This document shows, piece after piece, positions 29,148 to 37,880 of a stretch of DNA of 64,000 nt. The stretch comes from Anaerolineae bacterium (GTDB lineage: Bacteria > Chloroflexota > Anaerolineae > Anaerolineales > UBA4823). The translations under genes and the position numbers were made by a program. Each line of letters starts with the position of its first letter. Positions within the stretch are counted from its first letter, which is position 1. Where the stretch lies: the NCBI GenBank assembly GCA_041301185.1, contig JBFYSV010000031.1, positions 1,102-65,101 of the forward strand, read 5' to 3'. The notes under the pieces were generated by a model. It saw only the letters and a program-made list of their open reading frames with translations, did not search any database and was not told where the DNA came from.

Positions 29148-30770
29148 CTATTGCTGGGTAGGCAGATAAGGCATCCGTGGACCTGCTTTACCCAGATACT
29201 CGGCAATCGCTGCCTGCATAGCGACCCGGTCATCCCACGGATACTCGGTCTGGCCGAAACACATGGATTGTTCGTGCCCTTTGCCCAACGCGATTACCGC
29301 ATCGCCTGGACGAGCCAGTTGCAATGCAAAACGGATCGCTTCCCCCCGGTCTCGAATACGGAAAAACGTCTCACCTTCGATACCCCCCTTAGCAATGCAG
29401 CCAGTTGCCATCTCCGCCAGTATTGCATCCAGCGACTCTGTCCGCGGGTCCTCGGCCGTCAAAATCGAAATTTCCGCTAATTCTGCAGAGACTTCAGCCA
29501 TCAACCGCCGTTTAGCCCGGTCGCGCAGACCAGCCGACCCAAATACACTGATGATCCTTCCGTCTCTACCCGCCCTAGATACCATCCCTCGGACGGATAC
29601 CAATGCCCGGTGCAGCGCGTTGGGGGTATGGGCGAAATCGACGATCGTTAGGAATTCGGTTCCCAGGTCCAATCGCTCCATCCGCCCGGGGATTGAACGC
29701 AATTGAGATATTCCGTGAGCAGCCAGTTCAGGATCAATTCCCAGGCAAACAACGGTAGCAGAAATCGCTGCCAGGCAATTGGATGTATTGTAGCTGCCTT
29801 CCAGCCAGCTGAACACTGGTAATCGAAATCCGGGTCCTATCGCCATAAACCGGATGCCGCCAGTTTCCTCGACCAGCTCCTCCGCATGAACCATTGAATT
29901 ACTTTCTATCCCATAGCTGATAATTTCCAATGGAGCAGATTGGAGGAAATTCGGCGATTGTACATAAGATGATAGGTACTCGAAGGATTTATCATCCTTG
30001 TTGAGAACTGCATAACCGGCTCGCTCTCCATTTTTCGCAGGTTTTCCTGCAACGATGTCGACTATCCTGGCTTTCGCTGCCCGGTAGGCCTGGTACGAAC
30101 CATGGAAATCAAGGTGATCGTGGGTGATATTGGTAACAACCCCAATATCGATCTCCGTTGCAGTCACCCGATGTTGAGCCAGTCCATGGGAAGTCACCTC
30201 CAAAACTACATGGGTTAGCCCTTCGCATACCATATGTGCCAGAAAACGCTGCACCGTTGGAGCCTCTGGGGTCGTCACATGAAAACCGGTGTCATACACC
30301 TGCTCTCCAATGACGGCATTGACCGTCGAGATCATGCCTACACGCATTCCAGCCGCTCGCAGTATCTGGTATATCAGATTGGTTGTTGTCGTTTTGCCAT
30401 CCGTACCCGTGACTCCAATCACGGTCAATTTTCTGGCCGGGTAGCCATAAAAACCAGCCGATAGATAGGCTAGCGCTTCCCGGCTATCAGGTACCTGGAG
30501 GTACGGAACGGATAAGCCTTGAGCCAATCGCTGTCCAACGATCGCCGCAGCGCCCTTTTGGATTGCGGCATTTATGAATTGGTGACCATCCTGGTTGCCC
30601 CCTACCAGCGCGAAAAACAAGTCTCCGGGGAGGAGATGGCGGGTGTCGAAAGACAGACCGGATATTTCAGTATCCTGATTGCCTAATCGAGGTTGCCTTG
30701 CCGCGGATTCAGCTGGCAAGCTGCAGAGCAACTCGGAGAGCTTGATCGAGTTTTGGTTATTGATAGTCAT
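29148..30770 (-). CDS. murE: Mur ligase, MurE-like (UDP-MurNAc-L-Ala-D-Glu : diamino acid ligase)
   Basis: GVTGTDGKTTT P-loop and overall MurE layout. The motif is EDPR where E. coli has DNPR. ATG 30770 was chosen because the listed start at 30791 lies inside the atp terminator hairpin. Confidence 0.8.
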   Translation of the reverse strand: MTINNQNSIKLSELLCSLPAESAARQPRLGNQDTEISGLSFDTRHLLPGDLFFALVGGNQDGHQFINAAIQKGAAAIVGQRLAQGLSVPYLQVPDSREALAYLSAGFYGYPARKLTVIGVTGTDGKTTTTNLIYQILRAAGMRVGMISTVNAVIGEQVYDTGFHVTTPEAPTVQRFLAHMVCEGLTHVVLEVTSHGLAQHRVTATEIDIGVVTNITHDHLDFHGSYQAYRAAKARIVDIVAGKPAKNGERAGYAVLNKDDKSFEYLSSYVQSPNFLQSAPLEIISYGIESNSMVHAEELVEETGGIRFMAIGPGFRLPVFSWLEGSYNTSNCLAAISATVVCLGIDPELAAHGISQLRSIPGRMERLDLGTEFLTIVDFAHTPNALHRALVSVRGMVSRAGRDGRIISVFGSAGLRDRAKRRLMAEVSAELAEISILTAEDPRTESLDAILAEMATGCIAKGGIEGETFFRIRDRGEAIRFALQLARPGDAVIALGKGHEQSMCFGQTEYPWDDRVAMQAAIAEYLGKAGPRMPYLPTQQ

Positions 30771-30782
30771 TCTTATTAAAGT

Positions 30783-30828
30783 ATAAACCATACGTAGCCC
30801 AAGGAAGGACGGGCTTCGTATGGTTTAT
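30783..30828 (-). terminator. Terminator hairpin after the atp F0 genes
   Basis: ATAAACCATACGTAGCCC - 10 nt loop - GGGCTTCGTATGGTTTAT, an 18-bp stem with one mismatch. A T-rich sequence follows on the minus strand. Confidence 0.6.
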
Positions 30829-30846
30829 CAATTTTATATATCTGGA

Positions 30847-31584
30847 TTAATGAATTGTCTGGCGTAAATTCTCGAGCTGCCCGGCAACTGAACCATCAAG
30901 GACTTTATCTCCGACGCGCACAACCAGTCCACCTAAGATGGATGGGTCAACTCGGAAAGTCACAGTTGCCTGGTTGCCTGTTTTGGAAAGGATGTCTCGC
31001 TTGACAGCTTCTTGCTCCGCTGCGGTAAGCGGCAATGCGCTGGTCACCTCTGCGGAAGCGCCAGTAAAGCTGGCATCCTCAAGGACAACTACCCGGCCGG
31101 ATTTAACACCGGAGAAAAACTCCTCAATCAAAGTGTGTTGACGTTTTTCGTCCAGGGCTTCGCCAATCAGGCGCTGCGTGGCAGCCATTGCCAGGGCGGC
31201 AATTTGACCACGCACGTCCGAAAGCGTGCGGTCACGCTCCTGAGCAGCTTCAGCCAGGGCATCCTCGCGTGCTTTCGCGGCGGCTGCCTCAGTCTGTGCC
31301 ATCACCTCGCGCGCCGCGGCTTCTGCCCGTTCGGTTGCTTCGCGTACTTTCTGGTTCGCCTCTGCTTGCGCTTTTGCAATGATCTCCCGGGCATCTCTCT
31401 CGGCATTGGCGCGTGCCTCAGCGGCAATGCGGGCATCTTCGATGCCTTGTGCAATCTTCTTTTGGCGATTTTCAAGGGCATTGATAATCGGTTTGTATGC
31501 CCATGCATATAACAAGACCAGGACAATCGTAAAATTCAATACCTGGAATATGAAGAAACCTAGATTTATTCCCAATGCTGCCAT
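30847..31584 (-). CDS. atpF: ATP synthase subunit b fused to a delta (OSCP) C-terminal-domain-like segment
   Basis: One N-terminal TM helix plus a long Ala/Glu/Arg coiled coil (b-like, ~150 aa). The last ~95 aa (..AEVTSALPLTAAEQEAVKRDILSKTG..VTFRVDPSILGGLVVRVGDKVLDGSVAGQLENL) match the conserved C-terminal block of delta subunits. Confidence 0.8.
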   Translation of the reverse strand: MAALGINLGFFIFQVLNFTIVLVLLYAWAYKPIINALENRQKKIAQGIEDARIAAEARANAERDAREIIAKAQAEANQKVREATERAEAAAREVMAQTEAAAAKAREDALAEAAQERDRTLSDVRGQIAALAMAATQRLIGEALDEKRQHTLIEEFFSGVKSGRVVVLEDASFTGASAEVTSALPLTAAEQEAVKRDILSKTGNQATVTFRVDPSILGGLVVRVGDKVLDGSVAGQLENLRQTIH

Positions 31585-31616
31585 AAGCCGTCTCGCTCCT
31601 TTTAGAATTCTTTGGA

Positions 31617-31859
31617 TCAGGCGGCGAAGATGATGATCAGCGCAACCGCCAGAGCATAAATAGCCACTGCTTCAGCAAACGCCATACCCAGGATCATATT
31701 CGTCTGGATAATTGGAGCTGCATCTGGATTGCGACCCATCGCCTGTACGCCACCCGAAGCGGCGATGCCAACGCCAACTCCAGCACCGATAGCTCCCAAC
31801 ATAGCCAGACCAGCACCAATAACCCTCATTCCCGCAACAAAAGCAGTTGGATCATCCAT
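31617..31859 (-). CDS. atpE: ATP synthase subunit c
   Basis: 80-aa hairpin with the loop GRNPDA and the ion-binding Glu in GMAFAEAVAIYAL. Confidence 0.9.
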   Translation of the reverse strand: MDDPTAFVAGMRVIGAGLAMLGAIGAGVGVGIAASGGVQAMGRNPDAAPIIQTNMILGMAFAEAVAIYALAVALIIIFAA

Positions 31860-31907
31860 TTTTTTATCTCCTATATTTATTAGTTGATGATGATTTTCTT
31901 TTCATAT

Positions 31908-32960
31908 TTAGTGGTGTTCCTCTGCATGCTCATCACCATGATGGCTGACAAGCGCCATACTGATGAACATGGTGGCCAGCAGGTAGAACACGTATGCCTG
32001 GATAATTCCAAAGAAGATCTCAAACAGGTACAATCCAGGCGGGATAACTACGGGCAACAAAGATCCTACGATTGCCAGTAATAATGCGCCAGCAAATATA
32101 TTGCCGAATAACCGGAAGCTAAATGAGAGGATTTTGGCAAATTCAAGGATCAACTCAAGAAAACCGACCGCAAAATTGATCAGGCCAAAGATTCCCCCAC
32201 TGACCAGTTGGCGAAATTGGAAGAACTTACTGAAATACCCGGGACCAAGCGCCCATACCCCGTACACCTGCGTCATCAGGACAGCAATCACCGCTAGCGC
32301 AATCGTGAAGTTAAGGTCCGTCGCAGATCCACGCAGGAAGGGTATCACCTGGCAGGCTTCGCATAATGCGTGTTCTTCCTCATGCCCGGCTTCACCAGCA
32401 TCCTCTTCGTGACCCTCGACCAGATAAAACTCCGAAGTAGCCGGATCGATGGCATAAAGGTGCAAACTGCCGATCGTGAACAATTCCACCGGAGAGTAAG
32501 CAACGCCTGATTTATGGGGCTTTTCCAGGTAGCCAATGCTCTCAAACCCAGGGATAAGCTTGACCATATTGGCGACAAAAATCAGCAAGAAAATCGTTGC
32601 CACCAGTGGCATAATCTTCTTCGCCCACTTGCCGGTTGCGCCTTCCACTGTATTCCACAAATACTCTACGATCGCTTCAAAGGCATTCAGGATGCCCCCA
32701 GGAGCAACCTTACCACTCTTATAGAAACGATATGCTGCGAACGCCAAAAAGAATAAAACGATATCGGCAAGTATCGTCGCTAGAATTGTATTTGTGATCG
32801 GTGATCCAGGCCAGATAGGCTCAGCTGGCAAAATGACTGTTGGACTTACTGGCTTAAGGATCGATGGGCCAAAATATGCCGCATACACACCCAGCAGGAT
32901 CAAGGCCAGAACAATCCATCGCTTGACTGGAACGCGTTTTTTAGTTTCTGCTTTATTCAC
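31908..32960 (-). CDS. atpB: ATP synthase subunit a (long form, 350 aa, with His/Glu-rich insert and tail)
   Basis: Conserved LSFSFRLFGNIFAG (essential Arg) and IQAYVFYLL. An insert EGHEEDAGEAGHEEEHALCEAC and the C-terminus HHGDEHAEEHH are also present. Confidence 0.9.
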   Translation of the reverse strand: MNKAETKKRVPVKRWIVLALILLGVYAAYFGPSILKPVSPTVILPAEPIWPGSPITNTILATILADIVLFFLAFAAYRFYKSGKVAPGGILNAFEAIVEYLWNTVEGATGKWAKKIMPLVATIFLLIFVANMVKLIPGFESIGYLEKPHKSGVAYSPVELFTIGSLHLYAIDPATSEFYLVEGHEEDAGEAGHEEEHALCEACQVIPFLRGSATDLNFTIALAVIAVLMTQVYGVWALGPGYFSKFFQFRQLVSGGIFGLINFAVGFLELILEFAKILSFSFRLFGNIFAGALLLAIVGSLLPVVIPPGLYLFEIFFGIIQAYVFYLLATMFISMALVSHHGDEHAEEHH

Positions 32961-33261
32961 CAGTCATCTTCTCCTTCCCTTGATTTTCTTTATCAGAATC
33001 AGGTGGAGATTTCGTATCTCTCACCGCTCGCGTAGCAATCCAAAAAGTCAGCACCAACGACAACGGCGCAGACAAAAGCACCAGGCTGATTGTTAATAAA
33101 GGTTTCGTCCCAAGAAGATTGTCTAACCAAATCCCGCCGAAGACCGCTACCAGAACAATAAACAAAGTTGAACACCCCACCTCTCCCCCCACGGTAAGCA
33201 CTTTTGGATCCAGCGCCATCAACCAGGGATTCTTCTCAGGAGGGGTATTGTTCGGGCTCAT
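32953..33261 (-). CDS. AtpZ/AtpI-like small membrane protein preceding the atp genes
   Basis: 102 aa with two TM helices. It overlaps the atpB start by 8 nt. Position and topology are typical of AtpI/AtpZ, but I see no diagnostic motif. Confidence 0.55.
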   Translation of the reverse strand: MSPNNTPPEKNPWLMALDPKVLTVGGEVGCSTLFIVLVAVFGGIWLDNLLGTKPLLTISLVLLSAPLSLVLTFWIATRAVRDTKSPPDSDKENQGKEKMTGE

Positions 33262-33301
33262 AACGCCGGGAATTTTATCACAAATTTCTTAACCGCCAAT
33301 C

Positions 33302-34753
33302 TTAAAATAATCCTGCAGCAGCAGAACCGGATAAGGTGATCCAGGGCGCGAACACTGTCCCAATCAGAATGATCCCTAAGATCAGGACAACCAGACCAAC
33401 TGCGTAAGGCCGTGTAACCGGTAGCGGCTTACCCTCATCCTCTGAGCGGTAAAGGTAAACATGTTTCAAAACGGTCAAGTAGTAGTATAACCCGATAATT
33501 GAGTTTAATACACCCACCACAGCCAGCCAGATCATACCTGCTTCGACAGCAGCTGCAAATACCACAAATTTGACTATAAAACCACCGAAGGGCGGCATAC
33601 CCGCCAATGACAGGAACGATACCAGCATAGCGATCCCAAGCCACGGGGACCGGCGGCTGAGACCAGCATAAGAGGCAATTTCGTCAGAGCCAGTAATTCT
33701 CCCCACTGCAGCAATCACGCCGAATGCTGCCAAATTGGTAACCACATAGGCAATCAGGTAGAACACGGTGGCAGATGCACCTAGTTGCGAAACGGCAACA
33801 ACACCGATCATTGCATAACCTGCATGTGCGATCGAGGAGTAAGCCAGCATGCGCTTGATATTTTTTTGAGCCAGGGCGAGCAGATTGCCCAGGGTCATTG
33901 TTGCGGTAGCCAGAGCTGCGATAATCGCTCCCCAATAGGGCGCCAGTGAAGGAAAAGCGGCCAGGAACACCCGTAGTAGAACTGCAAAGCCGGCTGCTTT
34001 TGAGGCTGTTGATAAAAACCCAGCAATAGGAGTCGGAGATCCCTCGTACACATCGGGAGCCCAAAAATGAAGTGGCACCGCTGAGATTTTGAAACCAAAA
34101 CCAACCAGCACCAGCAACAGCACTCCCATCAGCGTAGCATCGCTGACAATGCCTTGCTGGAAACGACTCGCCAGCTCATAGATATTCGTGGTACCTGAAA
34201 AGCCATATAGAAGGCTAAAACCATACAGCATAATCGCAGAAGTCATTGCACCAAACAACAGGTATTTGAAACCCGCTTCGGTGGATTTGTCCTCCTGGGT
34301 CAAAAAGCCAGCCAATACATAGAGCGGGATCGAAGTCGTCTCGATAGCCAGGTATAGCATGATCAGGTCTGCTGATGAAGCCATGAGCATCATACCCAGG
34401 GTAGAGGCTAACATCAAAACATAAAACTCACCCCGGTTACCCAAACGGGGTAAATCCATCGAAAACATGGCTGTAATCGCAGCCGCAAAAAGGAATAACA
34501 TTCGGAATGTGAAACCCAGCCAGTCTTGAGCCAGCATCCCACCCCACATCAAAGCATCACTGGTCGGTCTGGAAAATATTAAGCCCAAAACAAGGATCAA
34601 TCCCAAGCCTCCTGCAGCCACCCAACCCAGGTTGCGGCGAGATTCTAGAGGAAGGATTAAGTCAAATATCAGGATGGCAATTGCCAGGACAACCAGCAAG
34701 ATTTCAGGCAGAATGGCAACGACCCACCAGGGTTCGAAAACATATTCAGACAC
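33302..34753 (-). CDS. nuoN: NADH-quinone oxidoreductase subunit N
   Basis: 483-aa antiporter-like subunit and the last gene of the nuo series. Its GTG start shares 1 nt with the nuoM stop (TAGTG). Confidence 0.85.
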   Translation of the reverse strand: MSEYVFEPWWVVAILPEILLVVLAIAILIFDLILPLESRRNLGWVAAGGLGLILVLGLIFSRPTSDALMWGGMLAQDWLGFTFRMLFLFAAAITAMFSMDLPRLGNRGEFYVLMLASTLGMMLMASSADLIMLYLAIETTSIPLYVLAGFLTQEDKSTEAGFKYLLFGAMTSAIMLYGFSLLYGFSGTTNIYELASRFQQGIVSDATLMGVLLLVLVGFGFKISAVPLHFWAPDVYEGSPTPIAGFLSTASKAAGFAVLLRVFLAAFPSLAPYWGAIIAALATATMTLGNLLALAQKNIKRMLAYSSIAHAGYAMIGVVAVSQLGASATVFYLIAYVVTNLAAFGVIAAVGRITGSDEIASYAGLSRRSPWLGIAMLVSFLSLAGMPPFGGFIVKFVVFAAAVEAGMIWLAVVGVLNSIIGLYYYLTVLKHVYLYRSEDEGKPLPVTRPYAVGLVVLILGIILIGTVFAPWITLSGSAAAGLF

Positions 34754-36225
34754 TATGCACCTCCCAGCAGGCGCAAGATATTATTCACGCCAGACTCAAC
34801 CAGCGGCGTCATGATCGCCGGATAGATACCCACTACAATCAATATGGCAGAGAGCAATACCAGGGCTACTTTATCCAGGACGGAGACATCGGTAATATGT
34901 CCCTCAAACTCCTCCGGCACCTGACCAAAGAACACCCGGCCAATGATCCGGATAATATAGGAAGCGGTTATCACTATGGAAATCGCTGCTACAATGGCGA
35001 TCCAGGGTGCGGTGCCCCAAACGCCCATAAATATTGGGAACTCTGCAATAAATCCCGATAACCCTGGCATCCCCATCGAGACCAGGCCGCCAATGATAAA
35101 TGCTAAAGTCACCAAAGGCATCATCTTTCTAAAGCCACCTAATCTTGGGATCTCTCGGGTGTGGGCTCGATCATAAACCATACCGACAACAGCAAAGAAG
35201 AGAGCTGTCATGACACCGTGCGAGAACATCTGCACCCCTGCTCCGAGCATCCCATCGGCATTCAAGGTGGCAAAACCCATGGCGACCAACCCCATATGGG
35301 AGACCGAAGAAAACCCGATGACATACTTGAAATCCGTCTGCACCATTGCAATATACGCCCCGTAGACGACATTCACCAGAGTAAGCAAGATGATCCAGCC
35401 CATGTGGAATTTTGCGCCTTCAGGTAGCAACATGATTCCCACCCGCAATGCTGCAAATGCGCCTAGTTTCATCAACACACCAGCGTGGAACATAGATACC
35501 GCGGTCGGGGCAGCCACGTGGCCATCCGGGCTCCAGTTGTGGAAGGGGAAGATACCACCCAGGACGGCAAATCCGAAAAAGACAAAAGGAAACCATAATA
35601 TCTGGAAATCGGTCGAAAATCCTGCTTTCTCCAGCTCAAGCATATCGAAGGTTCCCAAGCCAGAGGTGAAATACATCGCCAGCGCACCGACCAGAGCAAT
35701 CACCGACCCAATGAACAAATAAAGGGTCAGCTTCATAGCAGCATATTCCCGTGTCTCCTTCCAACCCCAGATTGCAATCAGCAAGTACATGGGGAACACA
35801 GCAATTTCATAGAAGAAGAACAGCATGAATAAATCGAGGGCAACAAATACCCCAAACACACCGGTTGCCAGGATAAATAGAAAAGCGAAAAACTCACGCG
35901 GCCGGTCATCTAATCCCCAAGAGATCAGCACACCCGTGAACATAACCACACCGGTCAAAAGCACCAGCGGTGCGCTCATTCCATCGATACCCACATGATA
36001 AGAAATACCAAATTGTGGCAACCAGGAATATTTTTCAATGAACTGGTAACCACCTGCCGGGATATCGTATGAAAAATAGACCCAGATCGAAAGGGCCAAT
36101 GCAAAAATTGCCGCAGCAAGGGCTGTTACCCTGACTTCCGTCTTACGCTCTGCCGGGATCAGCAATATCAAGATACCCGTAATAATTGGAGTAAAGACAA
36201 TTATGCTCAGGATGGGAAATTGCAT
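34753..36225 (-). CDS. nuoM: NADH-quinone oxidoreductase subunit M (copy 1)
   Basis: 490-aa Mrp/antiporter-like protein. ..WSPDGHVAAPTAVSMFHAGVLMKLG.. is the NuoM-type core. Confidence 0.85.
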   Translation of the reverse strand: MQFPILSIIVFTPIITGILILLIPAERKTEVRVTALAAAIFALALSIWVYFSYDIPAGGYQFIEKYSWLPQFGISYHVGIDGMSAPLVLLTGVVMFTGVLISWGLDDRPREFFAFLFILATGVFGVFVALDLFMLFFFYEIAVFPMYLLIAIWGWKETREYAAMKLTLYLFIGSVIALVGALAMYFTSGLGTFDMLELEKAGFSTDFQILWFPFVFFGFAVLGGIFPFHNWSPDGHVAAPTAVSMFHAGVLMKLGAFAALRVGIMLLPEGAKFHMGWIILLTLVNVVYGAYIAMVQTDFKYVIGFSSVSHMGLVAMGFATLNADGMLGAGVQMFSHGVMTALFFAVVGMVYDRAHTREIPRLGGFRKMMPLVTLAFIIGGLVSMGMPGLSGFIAEFPIFMGVWGTAPWIAIVAAISIVITASYIIRIIGRVFFGQVPEEFEGHITDVSVLDKVALVLLSAILIVVGIYPAIMTPLVESGVNNILRLLGGA

Positions 36226-36313
36226 TCTTCACCTCGATATTCGGTGCTCATTAACTGAGCGTGCAATTTATGAAATGGCATGTAGAATACCTGAAGTACC
36301 GGATTTTATATTT

Positions 36314-37867
36314 CTAAAAGAACATCATGACAGCCCGGTTGATTACGTTCAAAATCCAGGCAGGCCAGATACCGATCCACAACATCAGCACCAACAGCGG
36401 GGCGATCACAACAATCTCACGTGCGCTGATCTCGCTGATATGTCCAACCCATTTTTCGTTGATGGGTCCGTGAAGCACCATCTTGATCCCTTTCAAGATG
36501 TATGCACCTGTGAAAAACAAACCGATCATCGCCAGGGCGGTATAAACGCTCATTATCGGCCAGGCACCTCGTACGACCAAAAATTCCGAAATAAACCCAT
36601 TCAAGCCTGGCAGCCCGAGGGAAGCCATGGATGTGAAGATCAATATCCCACCATAAACCGGCACCAACGGGAACAATCCGCCAAAGTCATTCAAGTTACG
36701 GGTATGCGTGCGCTCGTAGATCACCCCAACCAGGAAAAACATCCCGGCTGCCGATAAACCGTGATTGAACATCTGCAAAACTGCACCATTCAGTGCAATA
36801 TTGGCATCCTCTGTACCGGTCGCAAACGCAGCCGCGGCAATACCCAACACCACAAACCCCATGTGATTGACAGAGGAATATGCCACTAAGCGCTTGAAAT
36901 CACTTTGACCATAGGATGCCAGCGCTCCAAATATGATGGCCATCACCGCCAGGAAGCCCAACGCCCCGGCATACATCTTTGATTGCTCAGGATATAACGG
37001 TAACACCAGGCGCAAGAAACCGTACGCACCGAGTTTAAGCAAGACCCCAGCCAGGATCATCGAACCCGCAGTGGGAGCTTCGGTGTGCGCATCAGGCAGC
37101 CAAGTATGGAAGGGCCAAACTGGAACCTTGATTGCAAAGGCGATAACAAACGCCCAAAATGCGATTGCTTTTACTGTGCTGATTGGCAATCCAAACAAGG
37201 GCTGGCTCAGGCTCGGCCAAACCTCGTAAAGCTTGAGCAAATCAAAAGTGCCGGCAACCACACCGATCATCTGGATAGCCAGTAAGAGGCCTAGCGATCC
37301 CGCCATCGTATAGATCATGAATTTGAAGGAGGCGTAGTTCCGGGCAGACATCTTGCGCCCGCCCCACAGCTCACGCTCGCCCTTCTCGCTTCCCCACTGG
37401 TTGATCAAGAAATACATTGGAACCAGGCCAATTTCCCAGAAGACGAAGAATAAAAGCAGATCCAAGGAAAGAAAAACACCCAGCATTCCAGTTTCCAGCA
37501 TCAGGAATAACACCATATATGCTTTTACACGGTCCGAAATGCCGAACGAAGCCAGGATAGCCAGCGGAGTCAGCAGGGTGGTCAAAAGCACCATGGTTAG
37601 AGAGATGCCATCGACTCCCAGGTGGTAGGATGAATTGATCGGTGCATACCAAATCGCTTGCTCCTGGTACTGAAATCCCGGTTGTTCAGAATTGAATCCC
37701 AACCAGAGAGCGATGGAGAGCCCCAACGGGATAAAACTGAGGATGAATGCCACCCAGCGGATCAGGTTTTCCTGGTCGCGGGGCAGCAACATCAGGATTA
37801 GAGCGACTACCACCGGAGAAAATAATATGAATGTGAGCAGGTAATTCGACACAATTTCCATGATCAA
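36314..37867 (-). CDS. nuoM: NADH-quinone oxidoreductase subunit M (copy 2)
   Basis: 517 aa. ..WLPDAHTEAPTAGSMILAGVLLKLG.. is a clear paralog of the adjacent nuoM. Confidence 0.85.
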   Translation of the reverse strand: MIMEIVSNYLLTFILFSPVVVALILMLLPRDQENLIRWVAFILSFIPLGLSIALWLGFNSEQPGFQYQEQAIWYAPINSSYHLGVDGISLTMVLLTTLLTPLAILASFGISDRVKAYMVLFLMLETGMLGVFLSLDLLLFFVFWEIGLVPMYFLINQWGSEKGERELWGGRKMSARNYASFKFMIYTMAGSLGLLLAIQMIGVVAGTFDLLKLYEVWPSLSQPLFGLPISTVKAIAFWAFVIAFAIKVPVWPFHTWLPDAHTEAPTAGSMILAGVLLKLGAYGFLRLVLPLYPEQSKMYAGALGFLAVMAIIFGALASYGQSDFKRLVAYSSVNHMGFVVLGIAAAAFATGTEDANIALNGAVLQMFNHGLSAAGMFFLVGVIYERTHTRNLNDFGGLFPLVPVYGGILIFTSMASLGLPGLNGFISEFLVVRGAWPIMSVYTALAMIGLFFTGAYILKGIKMVLHGPINEKWVGHISEISAREIVVIAPLLVLMLWIGIWPAWILNVINRAVMMFF

Positions 37868-37880
37868 CTCCTCGCCTCGC

